This document shows, in pieces, positions 7,916 to 16,093 of a stretch of DNA of 43,583 bases. Origin of the DNA: a virus (lineage: Duplodnaviria > Caudoviricetes); IMG/VR virus record IMGVR_UViG_3300045519_000021, positions 1-43,583 of that record; one strand, given 5' to 3'. Position numbers and translations under genes: made by a program. The notes under the pieces are model-generated. The model was not told where the DNA came from. It made no database searches and saw only the letters and a list, made by a program, of their open reading frames with translations. The number at the start of each line of letters is the position of its first letter. Positions within the stretch are counted from its first letter, which is position 1.

Positions 7916-9207
7916 CCGACACGACCGCAACGCTCGACGCCGAACGCGCCCTGCTCGGCGCTGCGCTGTCGTTCGCGTCGTCGGCCCGCGTCGTCGCTTC
8001 CGACGTCCGCCCGAGCGACTTCGGCAGCTACGACCACGGCGTCATCGCCTCGGCGATCACCGCGCTCGTCGAGTCTGGCGTCTCGGTCGACCCGCTCACC
8101 GTCGGCGACGAGCTGCAGCGCCGTGGCGCGCTCACGGAATCGCTCACGCCGGCGCTCCTGCACGAGCTCACGGACTGGGCGTTCTCGGCCGGCGCGGCAC
8201 CGTCGTACGCGCAGCAGGTGCGCGACGACGCCACCCGTCGCAGCATCCGCGCCGCCGGCGAACGCCTCCACGCCGCCTCGGACGACCCGACGCTCACGCC
8301 CGAGCAGCTGCTCGCCGACGCTCACGCCGCTCTCGCTGACGTCGATGACCGTGGCGCGCACGATCCGCAGGATGTCGGCGAGCACATCGACGAGTGGCTT
8401 GCCGGCCTGACCGAGCCCGCACGGCTGATCGCGTCGCCGTGGGCTGACCTGGACGAGCTTACGGGTGGCTGGACGGCTGGCGGGCTCCACATCGTCGCTG
8501 CGCGCCCTGGCGGCGGTAAGTCCATCGTCGGGCTCCAGGCTGCCGTGCACGCGGCGCACACGGGCCCCGTCGCGGTTATCAGTCTCGAGATGAGCACGCA
8601 CGACGTGCTCGCCCGCATCCACGCACAGGTCGCGGGCGTCGACGTCGGCCGCACGATCCGCCACCAGCTGCACCCCGACGAGCTCGCCGCCGTCCGTACC
8701 GCCGCCGAGCAAGTGCGCCAGCTGCCGATCTACATCGCGACGAGCCACGACGTCACGACCGCGCAGGACGTCGTCGCGTACCTCCGCCGCATCACCCGCG
8801 AGCACGGCACGCTCGCGCTCGCGGTCGTGGATTACCTGCAGCTGCTGACGTCGGGGGAGCGTGGCGAGAACCGTCAGGTCGAGGTCGCGGGCTTCTCGCG
8901 CGCGCTCAAGCTCGCGGCCGGCCAGCTGAACACCCCGATCATCGCGTTGTCGCAGCTGCGGCGCCGCGAGCTCGCGGGCCCGCCGGCGGTGTCTGACCTG
9001 CGTGAGTCGGGCGCGCTCGAGCAGGACGCCGACCTCGTGGTCTTGATGTGGCGCGAGGACGATCAGCCGTCGATTCTGCACGTCGAGGTCGGCAAGTCGC
9101 GCAACGGCCGTCTCGGCCGGCTGACCCTCGATTGGGAGGGCCACCACTCGCGCGTACTCACCCGCTGGGCTCGCTCGGAGCCTTGGACGTTGGGACCGCG
9201 CTCATGA
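7912..9207 (+). CDS. dnaB: DnaB-like replicative helicase
   Basis: Walker A ARPGGGKS, SLEMS, VVDYLQL, LSQL, DLRESGALEQDAD. Confidence 0.95.
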   Translation: MTDTTATLDAERALLGAALSFASSARVVASDVRPSDFGSYDHGVIASAITALVESGVSVDPLTVGDELQRRGALTESLTPALLHELTDWAFSAGAAPSYAQQVRDDATRRSIRAAGERLHAASDDPTLTPEQLLADAHAALADVDDRGAHDPQDVGEHIDEWLAGLTEPARLIASPWADLDELTGGWTAGGLHIVAARPGGGKSIVGLQAAVHAAHTGPVAVISLEMSTHDVLARIHAQVAGVDVGRTIRHQLHPDELAAVRTAAEQVRQLPIYIATSHDVTTAQDVVAYLRRITREHGTLALAVVDYLQLLTSGERGENRQVEVAGFSRALKLAAGQLNTPIIALSQLRRRELAGPPAVSDLRESGALEQDADLVVLMWREDDQPSILHVEVGKSRNGRLGRLTLDWEGHHSRVLTRWARSEPWTLGPRS

Positions 9208-9326
9208 ATTTCGCCCCGGACCCGTCCACCAAGCCCGCTCCGCGGCCGCGCTGCTGCGCCCGCTGCAAAACCCCGTTCTGGTGCGCGACACCTTCGTGCC
9301 CCTGCCATCGAAAGGACCCCCGATGA
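9204..9326 (+). CDS. Cys-rich 40-aa protein
   Basis: ATGA overlaps at both ends; CCARC...C...CPCH. Confidence 0.55.
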   Translation: MNFAPDPSTKPAPRPRCCARCKTPFWCATPSCPCHRKDPR

Positions 9327-9511
9327 CCCCCATGAATCTCCTCGCTTGGGCCGGCACAGCCCTGCTGGCTGTGGTCGCGCTCGGCGCAGCCATCCTCGTG
9401 ATCGTCGTTGTCGCTCGTGCGACGCACGACATCGTGAAGGGCAAGCCCAAGCCGACCTTCGAGGAACCGCGTCCGACGACGGTCATCACGCAGGGCCCGT
9501 TCGATGAGTAG
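9323..9511 (+). CDS. Small membrane protein
   Basis: GAAAGGA RBS, one long hydrophobic helix. Confidence 0.65.
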   Translation: MTPMNLLAWAGTALLAVVALGAAILVIVVVARATHDIVKGKPKPTFEEPRPTTVITQGPFDE

Positions 9512-9710
9512 CCCGGTGGAAGCCCTCGACCGGCAGATCGAACAAGTCGAGGCACTGATCACGAAAAACTCGGAGATCGCGAACAAGCACCGCGAACTCT
9601 TCAAGCGCGCCGACGCCGAAGCGCTCCGCCTCGAGGAAATCTCGCTGAAACTCCGCCAAGTACGGCTCCTGATGACGCACCCGTTCCCAGGGCAGGACGC
9701 CAGTGAATGA
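9504..9710 (+). CDS. Hypothetical coiled-coil protein
   Basis: Overlapping operon structure, helical composition. Confidence 0.6.
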   Translation: MSSPVEALDRQIEQVEALITKNSEIANKHRELFKRADAEALRLEEISLKLRQVRLLMTHPFPGQDASE

Positions 9711-9942
9711 ACGCCGCCCTCAGCATCATGTCGTCGCGCTCGCGGCGGAGTTGCGTCGCCGCGGCCGCTGGGTGGCCCGCGAGGGCGCCCGGTCGGAGCA
9801 TCCGGGCCGGCGCCACTTCTACGAGGTGCTCGCTGACCTGTACCGGCAGGCCGAGCGGAACCTCACGCCGTCCCCGTCCGATCAGGCCCTGCGCGACGCC
9901 CACGCGCTACTGACTTTGAGCTTTAGGAGGCTCCCGAAATGA
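9703..9942 (+). CDS. Hypothetical phage protein
   Basis: Fills the operon; stop overlaps next ATG. Confidence 0.55.
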   Translation: MNERRPQHHVVALAAELRRRGRWVAREGARSEHPGRRHFYEVLADLYRQAERNLTPSPSDQALRDAHALLTLSFRRLPK

Positions 9943-10136
9943 TTCACCCGACGTATGTGGAGATCGCCGGCCAGCTGGCTGCGCATCTCGATCACGCGTA
10001 TGACCAGCTCGAGGCGTACGAGGACCGCGAGCATGCGGCCGTCGTCGCCTCGGATATCGCTCGTGCCCGGCAACTCCTCGGCGAGCTGTTGACGGCGGCT
10101 GCGCTGCAGCATCTCACGGCAGGAGCCCGCGCATGA
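9939..10136 (+). CDS. Hypothetical phage protein
   Basis: AGGAGG RBS, ATGA overlaps. Confidence 0.65.
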   Translation: MIHPTYVEIAGQLAAHLDHAYDQLEAYEDREHAAVVASDIARARQLLGELLTAAALQHLTAGARA

Positions 10137-10360
10137 GCGCCCCGGTCGTGGTGTACACGAAGCCGGCATGCCAGCAGTGTGTCGCGGTGCAGCGCTGGCT
10201 CGACCGTGCCGGCCTCGACTACGTGACCCGCCCCATCACCGACGACGACGCCGCAGCGGCCCGCTCCCTCGGCATCACTGCGGCACCGATCGTCGCGCAC
10301 GGCGACACGATCTTCGGCGGTTTCGACCCGAACCGCCTCGAGCAGCTCCGAAAGGCATAA
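10133..10360 (+). CDS. nrdH: NrdH-like glutaredoxin
   Basis: VYTKPACQQC...APIV...GGFDPNRL. Confidence 0.85.
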   Translation: MSAPVVVYTKPACQQCVAVQRWLDRAGLDYVTRPITDDDAAAARSLGITAAPIVAHGDTIFGGFDPNRLEQLRKA

Positions 10361-10363
10361 CCC

Positions 10364-10840
10364 ATGGCTGGCGACACCATCATCACGATCATCGGCAACC
10401 TCACCGCCGACCCCGAACTCCGCCACACCCCGCAGGACGTTGCAGTCGCAAACTTCACGATCGCGAGCACCCCACGCACATTCGACCGCCGCGCGAACGA
10501 GTGGCGCGACGGCGAAGCCCTCTTCCTCCGCGCATCCATCTGGCGCGACTACGCCGAACACGTCGCCTCCAGCCTCACCAAGGGCATGCGCGTCATCGCC
10601 CAAGGCAAACTCAACCAGCGCTCCTACGAGACCCGCGACGGCGAGAAACGCACCACCGTCGAACTCGATGTCGACGAGATCGGGCCCGCACTCCGCTACG
10701 CGACCGCACAAGTCACGCGCATCACGAACCAACAGCCGCCGGCACAACGCGCACCCCAGCCAACCGAACCCGCCCAACGGGCACATCAGCCCGCCTCCGA
10801 CGGCCCCGGCAGCGGCTGGGACGAAGAACCCCCCTTCTAG
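10364..10840 (+). CDS. ssb: Single-stranded DNA-binding protein
   Basis: [39 protein letters not shown]-terminal DEEPPF. Confidence 0.95.
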   Translation: MAGDTIITIIGNLTADPELRHTPQDVAVANFTIASTPRTFDRRANEWRDGEALFLRASIWRDYAEHVASSLTKGMRVIAQGKLNQRSYETRDGEKRTTVELDVDEIGPALRYATAQVTRITNQQPPAQRAPQPTEPAQRAHQPASDGPGSGWDEEPPF

Positions 10841-10965
10841 CCCCAACATTCGAAAATCACCGCCCAAAACCCGGGCTCTATCGAACAAACCCAACAACCA
10901 CCAACCGAACACCAACACCAAAACCAGCACCGCGCTCGCGGCGTGACCAGGGAAAAGAGAGTGCA

Positions 10966-11316
10966 ATGAGTAAGTACAAGACCTCGATAGAGATTGCGGC
11001 CGAGCTGCTTGAGAAGGGGCTCACGGCGCAGCGCGTCTCGCTCATGGAGGGCGACCCGGCGGCTGCGATGCTCGCGAACGCTGCCGCGACGATCGCGGTA
11101 GCCGAGCAGCTGCGCCTCACGAACATCATCGCGCTGGCGAACTCGAGCCACCTGATGCTGTCGCAGCAGGTCGCGACTGACGCCGCGGTCGCGCTCACCG
11201 ACTATCTCGAGCACACCAACCCTGACATCGGTGGCTGGCACCAGCTGACCGCCCACGTCGCGCGTCTGCTCGGCATCCACGTGCCGGCATCAGCGGAGGA
11301 GGCCGACGATGAGTAA
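10966..11316 (+). CDS. Hypothetical phage protein
   Basis: MSKYKTSIEIA...AVAEQLRLTNIIAL; purine-rich RBS. Confidence 0.65.
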   Translation: MSKYKTSIEIAAELLEKGLTAQRVSLMEGDPAAAMLANAAATIAVAEQLRLTNIIALANSSHLMLSQQVATDAAVALTDYLEHTNPDIGGWHQLTAHVARLLGIHVPASAEEADDE

Positions 11317-11629
11317 CGCGATGAAGTACTGGACCCGGCCGGTCGTTGTCGAGGCGATGCAGTGGGATGGCAGTGCTTCGGCTGCGATCGATGTCATCGA
11401 GTGGGTATACGGGCGGCGCGGTTTGACGGTCAGCTACCTGGAGACGAACGAGACCGATCACCGCGAGCACCCGGAGCTGTCGATCGAGATCTACGGACGC
11501 GAACCACTCACGCTTGAGTTCCGAGCGGCCCCTAACGACTGGATCATCATCGATCCCAGCGGCATAGTGACACGCCGCTCGCCGGCCAGTTTCGCGGCGA
11601 GGTACGAGGCGGTGACAGGCGATGAATGA
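11309..11629 (+). CDS. Conserved phage protein
   Basis: RPVVVEAMQWDG...APNDWII...FAARYE pattern common in phages. Confidence 0.7.
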   Translation: MSNAMKYWTRPVVVEAMQWDGSASAAIDVIEWVYGRRGLTVSYLETNETDHREHPELSIEIYGREPLTLEFRAAPNDWIIIDPSGIVTRRSPASFAARYEAVTGDE

Positions 11630-12350
11630 CGTTTTCGATGCCTCGAACGGTTTCGTCGTCTCCAAGGGTGATGGCCGTTATCTGAACATCGGCCACCGAA
11701 CAGCTTGGGTCGATGAGTCGATTGACATCGACATCTTCGGTGCGCTGGGCGAATACTCCGAGGCCGCCCGCGACGAGGCGCTCGGCCGCTGGCGTGACAC
11801 GGTGCTCACCCACCTCGTCGTGTATCCCAAGGAGCCCGAGGGCGCGGGGCGCTACGTCACCGTGCTCAACGAAGCGACCGGCGTCGCGTATTACCGCTGG
11901 GAGAACGACGGGCGAATCAACGGCACCAACGACGAGCACCCCGAGGTGACAGCGGCGGCGAACCGCTACTTTGACGCGCACCCGGAGCGGATGCCGTGGC
12001 AAGACGCGAAGTTGGGCGAAGTGTGGTTGATCGACCTCAAGGGCGACTGCGAGCACTGCGCAGTCGTGGTGCCGTACGGGCCGGGCGTGGCGTTCCTCTG
12101 GGCTAAAGAGCACCCGGCCAGCAGGGTCACTATCCCGCTCGGCTCCGAAGCCCTCAAGTCGGCTCGTCGCATTTGGCCGGAGGGAGACGACGATGCGGAA
12201 GAGCAGCAGCGGGCGCGTGCGCTACGGGCTGAGGGCAAGCTGGCCCAGATTCGCGACCTCGCCGGCAAGACCATGCCGGACGGGTCGCCGGTGGGCTTCG
12301 TATCGGCGAAGCGTCTCCTCGACATCATCGACGGTGGTGAGAACGCATGA
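11622..12350 (+). CDS. Hypothetical phage protein
   Basis: 242-aa ORF coupled to neighbours. Confidence 0.65.
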   Translation: MNDVFDASNGFVVSKGDGRYLNIGHRTAWVDESIDIDIFGALGEYSEAARDEALGRWRDTVLTHLVVYPKEPEGAGRYVTVLNEATGVAYYRWENDGRINGTNDEHPEVTAAANRYFDAHPERMPWQDAKLGEVWLIDLKGDCEHCAVVVPYGPGVAFLWAKEHPASRVTIPLGSEALKSARRIWPEGDDDAEEQQRARALRAEGKLAQIRDLAGKTMPDGSPVGFVSAKRLLDIIDGGENA

Positions 12351-12610
12351 ACGCGCAAGGCTGGTACTACGCGGCGGCTGCGCTGAATGCGGTCTCGATC
12401 ATCTTGTGGCTGGTGTCGGTGCGCATGCTCCGTCGTGAACGGCTGAACCTGATCTTCGCGCAGGCCGCAGCGAACGTCACGCTCGCCCGTATCCGCATGG
12501 CGCTCGATGATGCCCCGGTGTGCGACGTGCATGACGACGATGACCCGGTGACGTGTGGCTGGAAGTCCGACGTGCTCGAGGTACGCCGCATCCTGGAGGA
12601 GGGACGATGA
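12347..12610 (+). CDS. Hypothetical protein with N-terminal TM segment
   Basis: ATGA overlaps; CDVHDDDDPVTCGWK. Confidence 0.65.
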   Translation: MNAQGWYYAAAALNAVSIILWLVSVRMLRRERLNLIFAQAAANVTLARIRMALDDAPVCDVHDDDDPVTCGWKSDVLEVRRILEEGR

Positions 12611-12840
12611 GCAGCGGCCAGAAGCCCCGCACCCGCGCGTTCTTCCCGCGCATGAAGGACCGTGCAGCTGGCCGTCGCGCGCGGCGTGCACGTCAGCGGC
12701 GCGCGCTGGTGCAGTCGGCGGAGTACTACCGCCAGATCGCGATCGCAGCGAGTACCACGGGCGTCGCCTTCGAAACGATGGAGAACGCGTTCAACCGCCT
12801 CGCGTCGGAGCTCGCTCGGCAGATCGGAACGGCACGATGA
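12607..12840 (+). CDS. Hypothetical basic protein
   Basis: GGAGG RBS, ATGA overlaps at both ends. Confidence 0.55.
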   Translation: MSSGQKPRTRAFFPRMKDRAAGRRARRARQRRALVQSAEYYRQIAIAASTTGVAFETMENAFNRLASELARQIGTAR

Positions 12841-13079
12841 GCGACATCATCGACCGGCTCCGTGACGCGATCGCCACCGCCGTCGGCGAAGTCCTCCTCG
12901 ACGACCGCAAGCATTTGCTCGGCGACTTCGCGTTCATCGCGTCCACCCTCGGCACCGAAGACGGTGACGAGGGCGACTACCTCACCGTGTTCTCAAAGTC
13001 ACCACGCCACGCACAGATCGGCATCGTCGAACTCCTGCGCGGCTTCATCGAACTCACCGACGACGAGGAGGAAGCATGA
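12837..13079 (+). CDS. Hypothetical phage protein
   Basis: MSDIIDRLRDAIA...PRHAQIGIVE; ATGA overlaps. Confidence 0.65.
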   Translation: MSDIIDRLRDAIATAVGEVLLDDRKHLLGDFAFIASTLGTEDGDEGDYLTVFSKSPRHAQIGIVELLRGFIELTDDEEEA

Positions 13080-13447
13080 CCGCGATGTTCGAGTTCGACG
13101 ATGCCGGCGAACTCGCACAGCCCGGCGCGTGGGAAGGCCGCTCGTTCGTGATCTCGTCAGAGGAAGCCGCGTACATGGTGCGTGCAGCCTGGGCGGGTCG
13201 AGGCGAGCACAAGCAGCGCGCCGAGCAGCTGCGCAATGGCGAAGCCGTCACCACGTACAAGAACCCCACCCCCGAGCAGCTCGAGGAATGGGCACAGGCA
13301 CACGACGCCGCAGCCGACGTCATGGCCGTGCTCTGCGAACGAATGCGGGCCCGCCTCGAAGGCGACCCGCTCCCACCATTCCCCGCCAACACCCCACCGT
13401 GGCTCGCCGGCTCAAACAGCCACCTCATCGAGCGAGAACCACGATGA
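13076..13447 (+). CDS. Hypothetical phage protein
   Basis: GGAGGA RBS, coupled start. Confidence 0.65.
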   Translation: MTAMFEFDDAGELAQPGAWEGRSFVISSEEAAYMVRAAWAGRGEHKQRAEQLRNGEAVTTYKNPTPEQLEEWAQAHDAAADVMAVLCERMRARLEGDPLPPFPANTPPWLAGSNSHLIEREPR

Positions 13448-13545
13448 CCACCCAGGCGACCACACTCACCGCACCAGCAGCCACCCACCACGACACCCAC
13501 CCACACACCACCACCGCGCTCGCGGAAGTCTTGAAAGGCCTCACA

Positions 13546-14172
13546 ATGTCGCTCGCCTCGCTGGTCACCACGCTCGCGCGCCCGCACCGTGAAACGCACA
13601 AGGTCACCGATCGAGTCACCGGGATGCCGCACTCGGTGTCGCTGCTTCGTCGGCCGCTGCTCGATGACCTCGAGGACACGTCGGCAGCGACGCCGACGCA
13701 TCGGGGGAGTCGTGCTTGGGCGTCGCCGGTGCCGTTCGATGTGGCGGTGCACCGGCTCAAGGAGGCGATCCGGGGCGACCTGCTAGGCGACATGGTGCGG
13801 CTGGGCGTGACCACGTTCAAGTACGTTCCGCTGGCGCAGCAGCTGATCCAGTGGCACGGCGTGTTCGAGGCTTCGTTCCCGAACGGTGGCGAGGTCGCGG
13901 TGTGGATGGAGCAGTTGGGCCGGTGGGAGACTGCCATTCGCGCGGTGGTCGAGCCGCGCAAGGTTCGCGAGGTCTCCGACCCGTGCCCGATGTGCGGGTA
14001 CACCGAGGTGTACGTCGAGGATGAGCGGCGATCGATGCTGACGATCTCGTATGCCGAGGACTCACCGGCCGCGACGACGTCGCTCGAGTGCCAGCGGTGC
14101 GGGGTGCTCGCGACTGGCGCGGCTGCGGTCGCTGCGACACTCCGGGTGCACGTTGTCGACGGCTCGAAGTAA
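13546..14172 (+). CDS. Zinc-finger protein, candidate late-gene regulator (start may be 13444)
   Basis: CPMC...CQRC; last early gene before a promoter and structured leader; GAAAGG RBS before ATG 13546. Confidence 0.65.
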   Translation: MSLASLVTTLARPHRETHKVTDRVTGMPHSVSLLRRPLLDDLEDTSAATPTHRGSRAWASPVPFDVAVHRLKEAIRGDLLGDMVRLGVTTFKYVPLAQQLIQWHGVFEASFPNGGEVAVWMEQLGRWETAIRAVVEPRKVREVSDPCPMCGYTEVYVEDERRSMLTISYAEDSPAATTSLECQRCGVLATGAAAVAATLRVHVVDGSK

Positions 14173-14184
14173 CCGTGCTATATT
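14156..14184 (+). promoter_or_regulatory. Putative late promoter
   Basis: TCGACG-17 nt-TATATT with TGn extension. Confidence 0.5.
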
Positions 14185-14200
14185 CGACCTCGATCAGTAC

Positions 14201-14420
14201 ACGTGTGTCCAAAACACGTTGAGACACTGCCCCGGCCCCGCTCTGGTGCCGGGACAGTGTCGTTTCCAGACTTGGCAGGGAGTCGTTACCCGGGAGCGTG
14301 TGGTGTGCACGCGCCGAGACCACACACCCGGCGGCATATCTGCGCCGCTGACAAGCCCGGGGCGTCATCCCCGCGCACATACGCGCCGTGCCCGGCGGAC
14401 GCATACCGGGCCCCACATCG
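14201..14420 (+). other. Structured non-coding leader with several hairpins
   Basis: Stems at 14201-14219, 14223-14261 and 14290-14331, with further short stems downstream. Confidence 0.5.
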
Positions 14421-14439
14421 TCCCCGGATAGGCCAGAGC

Positions 14440-14832
14440 ATGAGTGCACACACTGGGCCAGCCAATGCGAACGGGCACCGGCGCCGTCAGGTACGGGCGC
14501 GTGTCCTCGCGGAGGAGACACACTGCGCGTTGTGCGACCAGGCTGTCGACAAGACCCTTACATTCCTCGCTGGCCAGCATGGTCCACGCTGCACGAACGT
14601 CGAGTGTCGCGGTTGCGTTCCACATCCGTTGCGTGCAGAGGTTGACGAAGACGTTCCGCGTGCTCGTGGTGGTTCAGCGATCGAGCGCAGCAACACTCGC
14701 TTGATGCATCGCCAGTGCAACGGATGGAAGGGTACGCGGACCCTGGCCGAGGCACGCGCGGTGTTCGCCGGGTTCTCGGCCGCAGCGGCGGCGCCGCCAG
14801 CGGGTGGTGTGACGAACCTCGTCAGCTGGTGA
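14440..14832 (+). CDS. Terminase-associated HNH endonuclease
   Basis: RARVLAEETHCALC...EVDEDVPRARGG...NTRLMHRQCNGWKG; adjacent to the predicted cos region. Confidence 0.8.
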   Translation: MSAHTGPANANGHRRRQVRARVLAEETHCALCDQAVDKTLTFLAGQHGPRCTNVECRGCVPHPLRAEVDEDVPRARGGSAIERSNTRLMHRQCNGWKGTRTLAEARAVFAGFSAAAAAPPAGGVTNLVSW

Positions 14833-14890
14833 CGATTCCCACCCGGGCGGCATTCTGGACACCGTCCAGGCCGGGCGATGCCGTGGAATA

Positions 14891-14961
14891 CCCCCAGGGG
14901 GTACCCCCTCCCCGCCCCTCGGCGGGGCCCCCCCGGAGGCATAGGGCCTTTCTCTCCCCGC
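14891..14961. other. Candidate cos / genome-end region
   Basis: Non-coding G/C-run palindrome GGGGGTACCCCC, then CCGGAGGCAT and TCTCTCCCC, between HNH and terminase. Confidence 0.5.
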
Positions 14962-15150
14962 GTTTTTCTCCACAGACTTCCGGGGGTCTCGTATTCGCCA
15001 CTGGGCGCCCGTCAGTGCCTCGAGCGGCGGTCTCGCCTCGCCTGTAGAGGGTCTGCCGATTCGGGCGGCTCTATCGTTGTCGCGTTTTCCGCATTCCTCG
15101 CCTTTCCAGTAAATAGGCGGGTTAAGTGTGACATGCGCTAGAATTGAGGC

Positions 15151-15678
15151 ATGTGGAAAGCACAACGATGCGAGGCTTGCGGGGTTCCGATGAACCTTAA
15201 ACGCGCCGGCGCGCGCAGCTGCTCGCCACGTTGCCGCAAACGTCTTTCCCGACGTCGCGTTTTCCCAGCCGACCTCATCGGCGCCGACCGCTGGCTCCGC
15301 TGGGAGCTACGCGACGGCCGGAAGGTGCCGCTGCGCGCTGACGGCGCCGGCTGCGCCTCCTCCACCGACCCCGCGACCTGGACGAGCTACACTGCCGCCG
15401 CCCGCTCGAAGATCGGCGCCGGCCTCGGCTTCGCCCTCGGCGACGGAATCGGCTGCTGGGACTTCGACCACTGCCTCATCGACGGCGTGCTCGACCCCGC
15501 CATCGCCGACCGCATCGACGCGATTCACGATCCGCTGTTCACCGAGGTCTCGCAATCGGGGGAGGGGCTCCACGTGTTCGTCTCAGCTCCCGAGCAGCCG
15601 GCGCAGGTCAAGGCCGGCGTCGAGTTCTACACCCATTCCCGATTCATCGCCATGACGGGAGAAATCTTCCGGAGGTGA
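15151..15678 (+). CDS. Stand-alone primase/polymerase (prim-pol/AEP-like) domain with N-terminal zinc finger
   Basis: CEACG...CSPRCR; RWLRW, KVP, STDPATW, DFDHC, EVSQSGEGLHVF, EFY...RFIAMTG; TAGAAT 6 nt before ATG (leaderless). Confidence 0.78.
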   Translation: MWKAQRCEACGVPMNLKRAGARSCSPRCRKRLSRRRVFPADLIGADRWLRWELRDGRKVPLRADGAGCASSTDPATWTSYTAAARSKIGAGLGFALGDGIGCWDFDHCLIDGVLDPAIADRIDAIHDPLFTEVSQSGEGLHVFVSAPEQPAQVKAGVEFYTHSRFIAMTGEIFRR

Positions 15679-15682
15679 TCCC

Positions 15683-16093
15683 ATGCGCCGCTGCCCAGAC
15701 TGCGGTGATCCCCTCCCGAAGAACGACCGACGTCGCAAGTACTGCTCCGACCGGTGCCGCAAGAACGCGTCGCAGAAGCGCGTCAAGCGGGCGAGCCCCC
15801 GGCACCTGCGGGCCGTCGAACCTAACGAGCGCCGCAACCCACTCGACCCTCGTCAGCTGACGGTCGACGTCGCAGCGAAAGAGGGCACCGAGCTCGAGCT
15901 GCTCATGGCGCTGCGCGACCGCATCGCGACACAGATCGCCGACCCGAACTGCTCGAGCCGTGATCTCGCTGCGCTCTCGAAGCGCCTCGAGGAACTCCGC
16001 AAGAGCATCTCGGCGGAGCGCCTGCGTCTGAAGGAGGAGCTCGCCGATGCCGACGACGTCGAAGACGAAGCCCTCGAAGCGTCGTCTCTCTGA
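15683..16093 (+). CDS. terS: Terminase small subunit with N-terminal zinc finger
   Basis: LELLMALRDRIATQIAD...RDLAALSKRL; directly upstream of TerL. Confidence 0.75.
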   Translation: MRRCPDCGDPLPKNDRRRKYCSDRCRKNASQKRVKRASPRHLRAVEPNERRNPLDPRQLTVDVAAKEGTELELLMALRDRIATQIADPNCSSRDLAALSKRLEELRKSISAERLRLKEELADADDVEDEALEASSL

